Shown: in pieces, positions 1 to 9,390 of the stretch
How the letters are laid out: each line of letters begins with the position of its first letter
Numbering within the stretch: position 1 is the stretch's first letter
Origin: Phycisphaerales bacterium JB052
Lineage (GTDB): Bacteria; Planctomycetota; Phycisphaerae; Phycisphaerales; UBA1924
Length of the DNA stretch: 64,000 nucleotides
Direction: 5' to 3'
Assembly (NCBI GenBank): GCA_043100965.1
Contig: JBICHR010000001.1
Coordinates: 159,278-223,277 of the forward strand
Made by a program: the position numbers and the translations under genes
The notes under the pieces: generated by a model
Database searches by the model: none
Seen by the model: the letters and a program-made list of their open reading frames with translations, nothing else
Told to the model about the DNA's origin: nothing

Positions 1-239
1 CAACCGGCAAGATCGAGGACGCGAAGTTCAAGTGCTTCGGCTGCGGCTCGGCGATCGCAAGCTCCTCGCTGGCGACCGAGTGGCTCAAGGGCAAGAGTCT
101 CGAAGAGGGGCTTGAGATCAAGAACACCGAGATTGTTGAAGAACTCTCCCTGCCGCCCGTGAAGATCCACTGCTCGGTGCTCGCCGAGGACGCGATCAAG
201 GCCGCAATCGCCGATTACCAGGGCAAGAACAGCAACTGA
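1..239 (+). CDS. iscU: Fe-S cluster assembly scaffold, IscU/NifU N-domain family (3' part only; start lies outside window)
   Basis: Absent from the ORF track because it has no start in the window. Frame 3 reads without stops: ...GKIEDAKFKCFGCGSAIASSSLATEWLKGKSLEEGLEIKNTEIVEELSLPPVKIHCSVLAEDAIKAAIADYQGKNSN, stop TGA 237-239. FGCGSAIASSS and PPVKIHCSVLAEDAI are the conserved Cys motifs of IscU. An IscA-type gene follows. Confidence 0.8.
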   Translation, partial: TGKIEDAKFKCFGCGSAIASSSLATEWLKGKSLEEGLEIKNTEIVEELSLPPVKIHCSVLAEDAIKAAIADYQGKNSN

Positions 240-319
240 GCGATCCACATCGCCCGATGGAGCGTATAGAATCCTGACCCGAATGGGCAGGATACGAAGT
301 GTGAAGGCAAGGAGCGACC

Positions 320-676
320 ATGAGCACCGAAACAAGCCAGGAACAGTCCGTTATTCTCAGCGAGACCGCGGCTCGCGAGATCAAGTCAATTATTGAGGCC
401 CAGGAACTCGATGCGGAAAGCGTGCGTCTGCGCGTGGGTGTCAAGGGCGGCGGCTGCTCCGGATTCAGCTACCTGCTCGACCTGACCGAGACCCAGAAAG
501 AGACCGACGAGGTCTTTGAGCAGCACGGGATCAAGATCATCATCGACCCCAAATCCCTGCTGTACCTGGGCGGTGTCACCGTCGACTTCAAGGACGAGCT
601 CATGGGACGCGGCTTCGTGTTCAACAACCCGAACGCCACCAGCAGCTGCGGCTGCGGTTCGAGCTTCGCGGTTTAA
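320..676 (+). CDS. iscA: Iron-sulfur cluster insertion protein, IscA/ErpA/HesB family
   Basis: 118 aa. GGGCSGFSY motif and C-terminal SSCGCGSSF (the three conserved Cys of A-type carriers). Located next to iscU. Confidence 0.85.
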   Translation: MSTETSQEQSVILSETAAREIKSIIEAQELDAESVRLRVGVKGGGCSGFSYLLDLTETQKETDEVFEQHGIKIIIDPKSLLYLGGVTVDFKDELMGRGFVFNNPNATSSCGCGSSFAV

Positions 677-824
677 CCTGACTCATCTGAATGACCGTCA
701 ATCGCCCCGACACAATCGGGGCGTTTTCGTGTTTCTGGGTTGCAGAACAGGGCCTGATACTGTTGAATAGACTTCTGTCCCTTTCCATGCTGCGACCATT
801 GCCCACGCCGAGGAAACCTGATCT

Positions 825-1298
825 ATGACAGAAACACCTGTCCCGCTCGACACCACTCAGGGGTATTGCCCACCGACGGCAGTGCAGTTCAGTGTGTTTC
901 TTTCCAACAAGGTCGGCAAGATGCTCGATCTCACGGAGCACCTCGACGAGGCCATTATCGAACTCTGTGCCCTCTCGGTGCACGAAGCATCCGATCATGC
1001 CGTTGTTCGGATTATCACCAACAATGCCGCCGAAACGCGACGCATGCTCAAAGAGACAGGATTCCCGTTCGCTGAGCGTGAGGTCCTATTGGTTGAGCTG
1101 AGCGAGGGTCACTCGATCTCAAAGCTCTGCCTGTTCCTCCTCGGCGCGGAGATCAATATCGCCTTTGCCTATCCGCTCATGCATCGTCGAGGCGACAATC
1201 CCAGCATTGCGATCGCGGTTGATGATCCCACCCTCGCGGGCCAGATCCTCTCTCGCAAGGGCTTCGATATGCTTGGCGAGTGCGATCTGCACTGCTGA
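825..1298 (+). CDS. Hypothetical protein, possibly tandem ACT-like small-molecule-binding domains
   Basis: 157-aa ORF with protein-like composition and two repeats of a beta-alpha-beta-like pattern (FSVFLSNKVGKM...; LVELSEGHSISKL...). No catalytic motif recognised. Confidence 0.4.
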   Translation: MTETPVPLDTTQGYCPPTAVQFSVFLSNKVGKMLDLTEHLDEAIIELCALSVHEASDHAVVRIITNNAAETRRMLKETGFPFAEREVLLVELSEGHSISKLCLFLLGAEINIAFAYPLMHRRGDNPSIAIAVDDPTLAGQILSRKGFDMLGECDLHC

Positions 1299-1422
1299 AA
1301 CCTCTCGAAAAACACACTTCTAGGCCCTTGTTTGGGCGTTTTCTCAGCTTCAGGTCAACCTTGACCCCGCTGGCGCGGTACTGTCAAGTGAAGAGACACA
1401 TGCCCATAAGGAGCAATCACAC

Positions 1423-2460
1423 ATGAAATGCACGATCCCCGCAATCGCCGGCCTCTGCGCTGGACTGACGCTGCTCGCTTCGCCCGCACTCGCCGGCCCC
1501 GAGCACAAAGAGCACAACCACGCCGACAAGGCCGCCGAGCCCAAGCTCGAAGACTTCGCTGAACCGGTCCAGATCCCCGAGTTGTTCATCGGTTCCAAGG
1601 CCCCCGAACTCCAGATCGCGAAGTTCGTCAAGGGCGACTCGGTCCAGAGCTTCGAGCCGGGTCAGGTTTATGTCGTTGAGTTCTGGGCAACCTGGTGTGG
1701 ACCGTGCATCGCGGCCTTCCCCCACCTCTCGGAACTCCAGGAAGAATACAAGGGCAAGGCCCAGTTTATCGGCGTCAACATCTGGGAAGGTGTTGATGAT
1801 CAGGCCGAGCGCATTGAGAAAGTCGAGGGCTTTGTTGCCGACCAAGGCGACCGCATGAGCTATACCGTCGCCGTCGAGAACGGCAGCGCCATGGCAGACA
1901 CCTGGATGAAGCCAGCCGCCCAGAATGGCATCCCCGCCGCGTTCATCGTCGACGGCACCGGCACCATTGCCTGGGTCGGACACCCGATGAATATCGACAA
2001 GTCGCTCGAGCAGGCCGTCAGCGGCGAGCTCGACACAGCCAAGGCCGTCGAGAACTACAAGCGTGACGCGATGGTCATGTCCGCCGCCAACCGGTTCGCT
2101 CAGGGCATCCAGACCGGCAATCTCGAAGAACCGACCGTGATCGCCAATCTGCTGGTTGACAAGTACATCAACGAGGACCAGCGCATGCTCAACGCGGTCT
2201 CGTGGATGCTCATCAACGCCGACGGTGCGGGTGAGGCCCAGTACAAGACCGGCTACAAGGCCATCAAGAAGGCCTGTGAGCTGACCGAGTGGGAAGACTG
2301 GTCGATCCTGGACACCTACGCCATGGCCGCCCACAAGCTGGGTAAGAATGACGAGGCAGTCAAATGGCAGTCCAAGGCCGTCGAACTCGTCCCCGCAGAC
2401 AACTCGGAAGCCAAGACCGAGCTGCAGGCCCGCCTCGATGAATACAAAGCCGCCGGCTGA
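1423..2460 (+). CDS. Secreted thiol-disulfide oxidoreductase (TlpA/ResA-like redoxin) with helical C-terminal extension
   Basis: N-terminal signal peptide (MKCTIPAIAGLCAGLTLLASPALA). Thioredoxin-fold active site WATWCGPC. The C-terminal ~130 aa is helical and TPR-like. Confidence 0.75.
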   Translation: MKCTIPAIAGLCAGLTLLASPALAGPEHKEHNHADKAAEPKLEDFAEPVQIPELFIGSKAPELQIAKFVKGDSVQSFEPGQVYVVEFWATWCGPCIAAFPHLSELQEEYKGKAQFIGVNIWEGVDDQAERIEKVEGFVADQGDRMSYTVAVENGSAMADTWMKPAAQNGIPAAFIVDGTGTIAWVGHPMNIDKSLEQAVSGELDTAKAVENYKRDAMVMSAANRFAQGIQTGNLEEPTVIANLLVDKYINEDQRMLNAVSWMLINADGAGEAQYKTGYKAIKKACELTEWEDWSILDTYAMAAHKLGKNDEAVKWQSKAVELVPADNSEAKTELQARLDEYKAAG

Positions 2461-2496
2461 GACCCGAGCTCTTTCAGTATTTTGTCAATAAGAAAA

Positions 2497-2525
2497 GCAC
2501 CCCGCGATTCGCGGGGTGCTTTTTT
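2497..2525. terminator. Rho-independent terminator between convergent genes (bidirectional)
   Basis: Perfect hairpin gcaccccgcg-att-cgcggggtgc. Followed by TTTTT on the + strand and preceded by an A-rich run (T-rich on the - strand). Confidence 0.8.
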
Positions 2526-2556
2526 GTTCATCATGCGGTGCCGATCGGCGCCGTGA

Positions 2557-3567
2557 TCAGTGCAGCCCGCGCTCGCCGAGCCAGTGCTCGGCATCGATCG
2601 CCGCCTGACAGCCCATGCCCGCGGCGGTGATCGCCTGGCGGTACTTGGCATCGGCGACATCGCCCGCGGCAAACACCCCCTCGAAGTTGGTCTTGCTCGA
2701 GCGCGACTTCAGTTCGATGTAGCCCGCGTCGTCAAACTCCAGCCCCGATTCCCGAAGGAACTTGGTCGCGGGGGTATGCCCGATCGCGACGAACATCCCC
2801 TTGGCTTCGAGCACCGACTCTTCGCCCGTGACCGTGTCCTTGAGCTTCACACCGGTGAGCTTCTCATTGCCCATCGCATCCGGTGCGCTGAGGCAATCCA
2901 CCACGGTCTTGTTCCAGATCACTTCGGCGTTGGGCTTGCTCAGGAATCGTTCCTGCATCACTTTCGATGCGCGAAGCGTGTCGCGTCGGTGGATCACATA
3001 GACCTTGGAGGCGAAAGTCGTCAGGTAAGTCGCTTCCTCCATCGCGGTATCTCCGCCGCCGATAACCACAAGGGGCTGGTCCCTGAAGGCCGGGAGGGCG
3101 CCGTCGCACACGGCGCATGCGCTGACCCCTCCACCGGTGGTTGCCAGACGCATCTCGCTCTCAAGCCCGAGCCAGTTGGCTGTGGCGCCCGTCGAGATAA
3201 TCACCGCGTGGGCCTGTATGGTATCGCCACCGGAGGTATGCAGTGTGTGCGGCGAGCCGTCACTGCTGAACTCGCATCGCACGATGTCTTCGCCCACGAC
3301 CTCGGTACCGAAGCGTCGTGCCTGCTGCTCGAACTTCATCATCATCTCTGGTCCCGCAACACCCTCGGGGAATCCGGGGTAGTTCTCGACATCGGTGGTC
3401 AGCATGAGCTGCCCTCCGGGGAGGATCGGGCCTGGGTCTTGCTTGGCCACGCCGACATACACGACCGGATTCAGGTTCGCACGAGCCGCATAAATCGCGG
3501 CTGTCCAGCCCGAAGGCCCCGAGCCGATGATGACTACCTTGTGCACACTGTTCTCGCTGTCTGACAA
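2557..3567 (-). CDS. trxB: Thioredoxin-disulfide reductase
   Basis: FAD motif IIGSGPSGWTAAIYAARA, redox-active CAVCDG, NADPH motif VIGGGDTAMEEA. The ORF extends to 3648, but a TTG at 3567 preceded by GAGGAG gives a normal-length protein (M-SDSENSVHKVVIIGSG). Confidence 0.9.
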   Translation of the reverse strand: MSDSENSVHKVVIIGSGPSGWTAAIYAARANLNPVVYVGVAKQDPGPILPGGQLMLTTDVENYPGFPEGVAGPEMMMKFEQQARRFGTEVVGEDIVRCEFSSDGSPHTLHTSGGDTIQAHAVIISTGATANWLGLESEMRLATTGGGVSACAVCDGALPAFRDQPLVVIGGGDTAMEEATYLTTFASKVYVIHRRDTLRASKVMQERFLSKPNAEVIWNKTVVDCLSAPDAMGNEKLTGVKLKDTVTGEESVLEAKGMFVAIGHTPATKFLRESGLEFDDAGYIELKSRSSKTNFEGVFAAGDVADAKYRQAITAAGMGCQAAIDAEHWLGERGLH

Positions 3568-3690
3568 GACTCGCTCCTCTGCCTGCGTACCTGCCCACGC
3601 GTACGGGTCTGTGAGAACCCATACTGCCTGCGCGTTATTCCCACACATCGTCGTGATCCGGGTGAGGATCCTAGCGCCACAGGATGCCCG

Positions 3691-3723
3691 AAAAAACCGA
3701 GCACGCCTTAGCGGCGTGCTCGG
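3691..3723 (-). terminator. Rho-independent terminator downstream of the sigma factor gene
   Basis: On the - strand, ccgagcacgcc-gctaa-ggcgtgctcgg followed by TTTTTT. Confidence 0.75.
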
Positions 3724-3761
3724 TCGATTGTCCAGAGTGAAGATTGTGCTACGAGGCCCGC

Positions 3762-4745
3762 TCAGCCTGCCTTTATGCCCTGTTGGTCGCCAGCAGCCCC
3801 GCGCAAGCTCGGTGGACGCTGTTCACGCTCGCCAAGATCCTCGAACGCCGGCTCGTCGCGGCGGAAGAAGCGGCTGGGCTTGGCATCGTTCAGACGCTCA
3901 TTGAGTCGATCCAGCGACTCCTCGATGATCTGACGCACACGCTCACGCGAGATGCCGACTTCGGCGGCGATCTCCTTGAGTGTCAGCGGCTCAGACCCAT
4001 CGAGCCCGAAGCGCAGGCGAAGGATCTCTGCTTCGCGGTCGTCGATCGTCTCCATGAGACGACGCAGGATCCCGAGTTCTTCGCTGTGCAGCGACTGGCT
4101 GTCGGGCGTCCCACTGCGGTAATCCTCGACGAGGCCCTCCAGTCCGACGGCCTCACCATCGATGTCACGCGGGGCCTGGTTGGGGGCGTTAAAGGCCTTG
4201 ACCGCACGCTTGATAATCTGCACCTTCTTTACGGGCAGATCCATCGCCTCGGCGAGTTGTTCCATGCTCGGTTCGTGACCGAGTTCGGACTGGAGCATGC
4301 GAGAGTGCATCTTCCATTTGGCGATCAGCTCAACCATGTATGCGGGGATGTGGATGGGCTGGTTGGCGTTCATCAGGGCACGCTTGATGCCCTGCTTGAT
4401 CCACCAGCTGCCGTAGGTACTGAACCGGGCGCCCTGCGCCGGATCAAATCCCTCGACGGCTCGCATCAGACCGATATTGCCCTCTTCGATCAGATCCGTG
4501 ATCGGGAGCCCTCGGTTGGTGTATTTCTTGGCAATCGCGACCACGAGGCGGAGGTTGCTTTTGATCATGCGATCGCGTGCCTGAGGGCACTGCTCATTGA
4601 TGATCTTCCAGCCAAGCTCCCGCTCTTCTTCAGCGGTCAGCAATGAATAGCGATTGATCTCCTGCAGGTAAGTCTGCAGTGAAGATTTGACGCTGGACGA
4701 CGACCCGCGTGAACGGGACACGGACGAACCAATAGATGTACTCAC
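3762..4745 (-). CDS. RNA polymerase sigma factor, sigma-70 family (regions 1.2-4, RpoD/RpoS-like core, no long region 1.1)
   Basis: [21 protein letters not shown] (region 1.2), [39 protein letters not shown]...[17 protein letters not shown] (region 2), [20 protein letters not shown] (region 4.2 HTH). Confidence 0.9.
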   Translation of the reverse strand: MSTSIGSSVSRSRGSSSSVKSSLQTYLQEINRYSLLTAEEERELGWKIINEQCPQARDRMIKSNLRLVVAIAKKYTNRGLPITDLIEEGNIGLMRAVEGFDPAQGARFSTYGSWWIKQGIKRALMNANQPIHIPAYMVELIAKWKMHSRMLQSELGHEPSMEQLAEAMDLPVKKVQIIKRAVKAFNAPNQAPRDIDGEAVGLEGLVEDYRSGTPDSQSLHSEELGILRRLMETIDDREAEILRLRFGLDGSEPLTLKEIAAEVGISRERVRQIIEESLDRLNERLNDAKPSRFFRRDEPAFEDLGEREQRPPSLRGAAGDQQGIKAG

Positions 4746-5034
4746 TTTCCTACCCTACCCTTTCCGCGACGAGCGTCGCCGGAAAAAAAACAGATGGTTG
4801 GGGGGACATAGATCCCTCCCCTACTCCGTTCGTCAGTGTAACCGAATGGTTCCATCGACGGAAGCTCAAAAGCCCTGAAGCATGGGGAATTTCTTGAGTT
4901 CATCACATGCAGATACCTGCACGATTGGGCCGGTTAGGGTGATCAATCGACTTTTTTGAGAATATGATCGGTCCATCCCAAACTTTATTGGCATCACGCC
5001 AGATCAGGCGCACACTGCGGCCCAAACGACCGAT

Positions 5035-5883
5035 ATGGGGAGAAGCATGGATCGCGACCTCACAGAGCTACTAGAAGAATGGCCCTTCGAAGCGGGAAAA
5101 ATCTCCGTCCGAGTGATCGAAGGAAAGGACGGCGAACCCCGAATTCAGGTGCGTCTCGATCTGGGTCTGCTGCAGATGCATGTCGCCGGCCGCCCCGACG
5201 GCAAGCACCCCGAAGGTTTCGATTCGCTGCTGGAGTACCAGGAGTCCCAGATCGATCAGATGCAGATGGATGAGATCAGCGAGGAAGAGGCCCAGGAAGC
5301 TGGAGCTTCGACCGAGTTCAGCCAGAGCGACGAGGACGAGCAAGAAGAGAACGCTCGCCCAGAACGGTTCCTTACCCCCGAAGAATGCAAGGCCCTTCGC
5401 GAAGAAGCCCAGCAGTACTACCACCGCTACATCGCCCTGCTCGTGCTCGAGGACTATGAGGCCGTCGTGCGGGACACCTCACGCAACCTGCGGGTACTCG
5501 ATCTGTTCCGGGACTACGCGATCGAAGAGGAAGACCGCAACGCCATGGAATCGCACCGCCCGTACATCATGATGATGCGAGCAAGAGCGCTGGCGAGCCA
5601 GGCCATGCAGGTCGAAGAGAATAAGGCCGCCATCTTCGCAATCGACGAGGGGCTCGAATCACTCAAGACCTATTACGAATCCATCGACCGACCAGAGCTC
5701 TTCGAAGAATCGGGCGAAGTCCAGATGCTCCGAGATATGCGGGACGCGCTGGTGCCCAAGCTCCCCGTGAGCCAGAAGGCCGAACTGCGTCAGCGACTCG
5801 ATGCCGCGATCGCTTCGGAGAACTTCGAGCTGGCCGCGATCCTCCGCGATGAGATCCGCATGCTCGGCGGCGACGCGAGCTGA
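5035..5883 (+). CDS. Hypothetical protein with C-terminal UVR (UvrB/UvrC-type) motif
   Basis: 282 aa with an acidic central linker. The C-terminus ASENFELAAILRDEIRMLG matches the UVR helical hairpin motif. Confidence 0.55.
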   Translation: MGRSMDRDLTELLEEWPFEAGKISVRVIEGKDGEPRIQVRLDLGLLQMHVAGRPDGKHPEGFDSLLEYQESQIDQMQMDEISEEEAQEAGASTEFSQSDEDEQEENARPERFLTPEECKALREEAQQYYHRYIALLVLEDYEAVVRDTSRNLRVLDLFRDYAIEEEDRNAMESHRPYIMMMRARALASQAMQVEENKAAIFAIDEGLESLKTYYESIDRPELFEESGEVQMLRDMRDALVPKLPVSQKAELRQRLDAAIASENFELAAILRDEIRMLGGDAS

Positions 5884-7797
5884 TTAGCCCGCCCCCGCGC
5901 GTGCGGCCCGCTCCCGCTTGACCAGCACACTCAGCAGCGTGATATCCGCCGGGGTGACGCCCTCCAAACGCGAGGCCTGCCCGAAGGTGGTCGGCTTGAA
6001 CTTCGACAGCGCGTTCTTGGCCTCGGTGCGCATGGATACGAGCCCCTGATAGTCCATCCACTCGGGCAGCGGGCGGTGCTCCAGTTCGCCGCTGCGGGCG
6101 ATCTCACGCCTTTGGCGTTCGACATACGGCTGGTACCGGGCGTCTGAGTGCAGCGTCAGCCAGATCCCATACGCCTGCGCTCCCAGATGGGGCTCGAGTG
6201 CCCCACGGAGATCATCGATCGTGTACCCCGGCTCAAGGGTGCGCTGTTCAAGCGTCTTTTCGCCATCACGCAATGTCTTCATCAGCTCACACCCACGCTC
6301 AAGGGTTGCTCGCCGGCTCTGGAAGCGGGCCCAGCGCTCCTCACCAAGGTCGCCCGTGCTCAGCAGGCCCAGCTGGTGTGCGACGGGTGTGAGCCGATCC
6401 GGCGCATTGTCGGCCCGAAGCAGCAGGCGATGCTCTGCTCGGCTGGTAAACATGCGGTAGGGCTCTCTGGGTGTCTTCGTGACCAGATCGTCCATGAGCA
6501 CCCCGATATACGCCTGCTCACGACCCAGCGTGAACGCCTCGGCAGCATCCCCATCACGGGCGAGCAAGGCCGCGTTGATGCCCGCGACGAGCCCCTGAGC
6601 CGCTGCTTCTTCGTAGCCGCTGGTCCCGTTGATCTGACCCGCAAGGAACAGTCGCTCCACCGATCGCGTCTGCCCCGTCGTCAGGATCTGGTGCGGACGG
6701 ACCATGTCATACTCGACGGCATAGCCATACTGCAGGATCTCGGCATTCTCGCAGCCGGGCATATCCTTGACGATGACATCCTGGATATCGCTGGGGAGAC
6801 TCGTGGCGATCCCGTTGCAATAGATCCAATCGCTCTCCAGCGATTCCGGTTCGAGATAGATCCCATGCGACTCCCGCTCGGCGAATCGCACGACCTTGTC
6901 CTCGATGCTCGGGCAGTAGCGTGGCCCCTGGGCCAGATTCCCCGAGTACATCGGGGCCCGGTGCAGGTTCGCTCGGATCAGCTCGTGGGACTCCTGCCCG
7001 GTATGCGTTCGCCAGCAGCCCACCTGCTCGATGAGCGGAAACCGATCACAGCAGACCTGCCCCACCGTCCAGCCGGCGGGTGTCATCTCTGAGAACGCAA
7101 CCGGCTCCTGATCCCCAAACTCGAGATCGAGCTGGTCGGCTTTGATGCTGTCGCGGCGCAGCCGAGGCGGCGTCCCCGTGCGCAGGCGTCCGAGCTCAAA
7201 GCCAAGCTCGTTGAGCGACTTGGAGATCCCATTCGCGGCCGCCTCACCGCGTCGCCCGCCCGGGACCTTCTCCTCGCCCGTGTGCATCAGGCCCCGCATG
7301 AAGGTGCCCGTGGTCACCACCAGGGACGGGGCGTGGAGCTCGAACTCCTCATCGCCGGCTTTGATCAGCACGCCGGTCGCACGCGGTGTCTGCCCGCCCT
7401 CGGTCAGGATCGCCTCGACCGTGCCCTCGATGATGTCGATCTCAGGGCGTGCCTCGAGCATCGCCTGGGCGGTCCGGGCGTAGGCATGTTTATCAGATTG
7501 GCACCGGGGGCCGTGCACTGCTGACCCCTTCGAGGTGTTGAGGACCTTAAACTGGATCCCGGTGGCGTCAGCAATGAGCCCCATGAGCCCGCCCATCGCA
7601 TCGATCTCTCGGACGAGTTGTCCCTTGGCGAGTCCGCCGATCGCCGGGTTGCAGCTCATGACCCCGATCTTGGCCCGATCGATGCTGATGAGGGCCACCG
7701 TGCCCTGCCCGCCCAGCAAGTTGGCAGCCGCCCACGCGGCTTCCATTCCCGCGTGCCCGCCCCCGACCACGATGACCCTGTACTGCTTTGGCATCAC
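5884..7797 (-). CDS. mnmG: tRNA uridine 5-carboxymethylaminomethyl modification enzyme MnmG (GidA)
   Basis: 637 aa. N-terminal FAD fold [14 protein letters not shown], then [23 protein letters not shown]-type and [11 protein letters not shown] motifs. Confidence 0.95.
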   Translation of the reverse strand: [637 protein letters not shown]

Positions 7798-7920
7798 GGA
7801 TTTTACGCAAGATCCTGAGAAATCAAGCGTTCTTACCCCGTTCGTATCTTGGCAGGCATGAATCGATCTGGTATGCTGCCAGAGCCAGTTCTGGTTTGTT
7901 CTTTGTGTCCCTGAAGGAAG

Positions 7921-9255
7921 ATGATGATGTCAATGAATCGTTCACGCCGTACTTGTATCAACCTGCTGGCAATCGCCGGTGCAGTCCTGGCCACGGCTTC
8001 GATGTCGTTGGGCGACGAGGTCATTCTCCGCGACGGCACGATCCACACCGGGAAGGTCATCTCACAAAATCGACGCACCGTGACGATCGATACCGAGATC
8101 CACGGCATCAGCACAAGACTCGAGCTTGATCGACGCTCCGTCAAGTCTGTGGTCATCAGCGATGACGATGCACCCGCAACCACGACATCGATCCCGACGC
8201 CCAGCAGCGCCCCCTCCATCCCGAGCATCACCAATGAAGCCGGTGAAGCCGATCTGGAAGCTGGCAACAAGGTTCTTAAGCGTGATGGGTACAACCTGAT
8301 CCTTGAAGTCCCGCTCAAGGGGACCTTCGGTCAGGACATCTACCCGCTCGGTGTGGCAAACTCGCTCGAGTACGCCAAGGAAGTCGGCGTCACTGATGTG
8401 GTCTTCCGCATCAACTCCGGCGGCGGCGAGGTCTGGTGCGCCACCGACATGGTCGAGATCATGAACGAGTACCGGGGCGAGTTCAAGATGCACATGCTCA
8501 TCGAATCCGCGATCAGCGCTTCGATCTGGCCGAGCTTCACATGCGACACCATCACCATGGTTCCCGGCTCTGATTTCGGTGGTGCGGTTGTCTACCGCAT
8601 GAACACGGGCAACCTCGAGGTCGACAAGAAGATGAACTCGATCTACGCCAACAAACTCTCGTCAGCCGCTGAAGCGAACGGGCACTTGGGAATCCTTGTC
8701 CCCGCGATGATCGTCTCTGACAATGCCGTATACGCCTATAAAGACGAGAACGGCGAGTGGGCCTTCACGGACAACGCTGAGGGACTCACCGGCGGCTACG
8801 AGATCATCGACAGCCCCGACACGATCCTCACGCTCAAGCACAGTCAGGCCAAGAAATACGGGCTGACTTACACACTCGAGGAAGGCAGATCGCTCGAAGA
8901 GTTCTGCGAGGTCCATGGCATCGAGAAGTGGGACAACGCGGGTGACTTCGGGCATGAAACCGTGGAAGAAGCAGTCGACGACTGCAAACGCATCCGCGAT
9001 CGCCTCGAAGCCACGATCGCGGGCTTCCGCACCGGCCAGGTCGACTTCAACAACGCACAGTACATCCGGTACGCGGGTTCGGCACTCAATGACATGAACA
9101 AGTACCTCGGGCAGTACAAGCGGCTGCTCAGGGACGCCGAAGAGATGCACATGCCCTCTATCGTGGACAGCTTCGGTGAAGCGATTGATGTCACCTACTG
9201 GCAGAACTGGATCCAGGACACGAAGCGTGACCTGCGCAACCGGTTCCGCCCCTAA
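7921..9255 (+). CDS. Secreted protein with ClpP/NfeD/SppA-like (S49/S14 fold) domain
   Basis: Signal peptide (INLLAIAGAVLATASMSLG), a small beta domain, a Pro/Thr/Ser linker, then VTDVVFRINSGGGEVWCATDMVEIM, which resembles the TPGG/SPGG oxyanion region of NfeD/ClpP-type proteases. Confidence 0.5.
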   Translation: MMMSMNRSRRTCINLLAIAGAVLATASMSLGDEVILRDGTIHTGKVISQNRRTVTIDTEIHGISTRLELDRRSVKSVVISDDDAPATTTSIPTPSSAPSIPSITNEAGEADLEAGNKVLKRDGYNLILEVPLKGTFGQDIYPLGVANSLEYAKEVGVTDVVFRINSGGGEVWCATDMVEIMNEYRGEFKMHMLIESAISASIWPSFTCDTITMVPGSDFGGAVVYRMNTGNLEVDKKMNSIYANKLSSAAEANGHLGILVPAMIVSDNAVYAYKDENGEWAFTDNAEGLTGGYEIIDSPDTILTLKHSQAKKYGLTYTLEEGRSLEEFCEVHGIEKWDNAGDFGHETVEEAVDDCKRIRDRLEATIAGFRTGQVDFNNAQYIRYAGSALNDMNKYLGQYKRLLRDAEEMHMPSIVDSFGEAIDVTYWQNWIQDTKRDLRNRFRP

Positions 9256-9321
9256 ACAACCCGATTCCGACGCCAAACGACAATCAACGCGCCTAAGAAC
9301 GCGCGTACGAATCTGTCGATG

Positions 9322-9345
9322 AAAAAGCCCCGTCCGAAGACAGGG
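9322..9345 (-). terminator. Rho-independent terminator after the first DUF1559-type gene
   Basis: On the - strand, ccctgtc-ttcg-gacgggg (tetraloop) followed by cTTTTTc. Confidence 0.65.
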
Positions 9346-9390
9346 TCCATGGATGGAGTCATATTGGAGGCATCACGCTGATGCCCTGTA

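Noticed and set aside
3744-4646. 300-aa ORF on the + strand
   Set aside because: It is antisense to the sigma-70 family gene, whose regions 1.2-4.2 are all recognisable.
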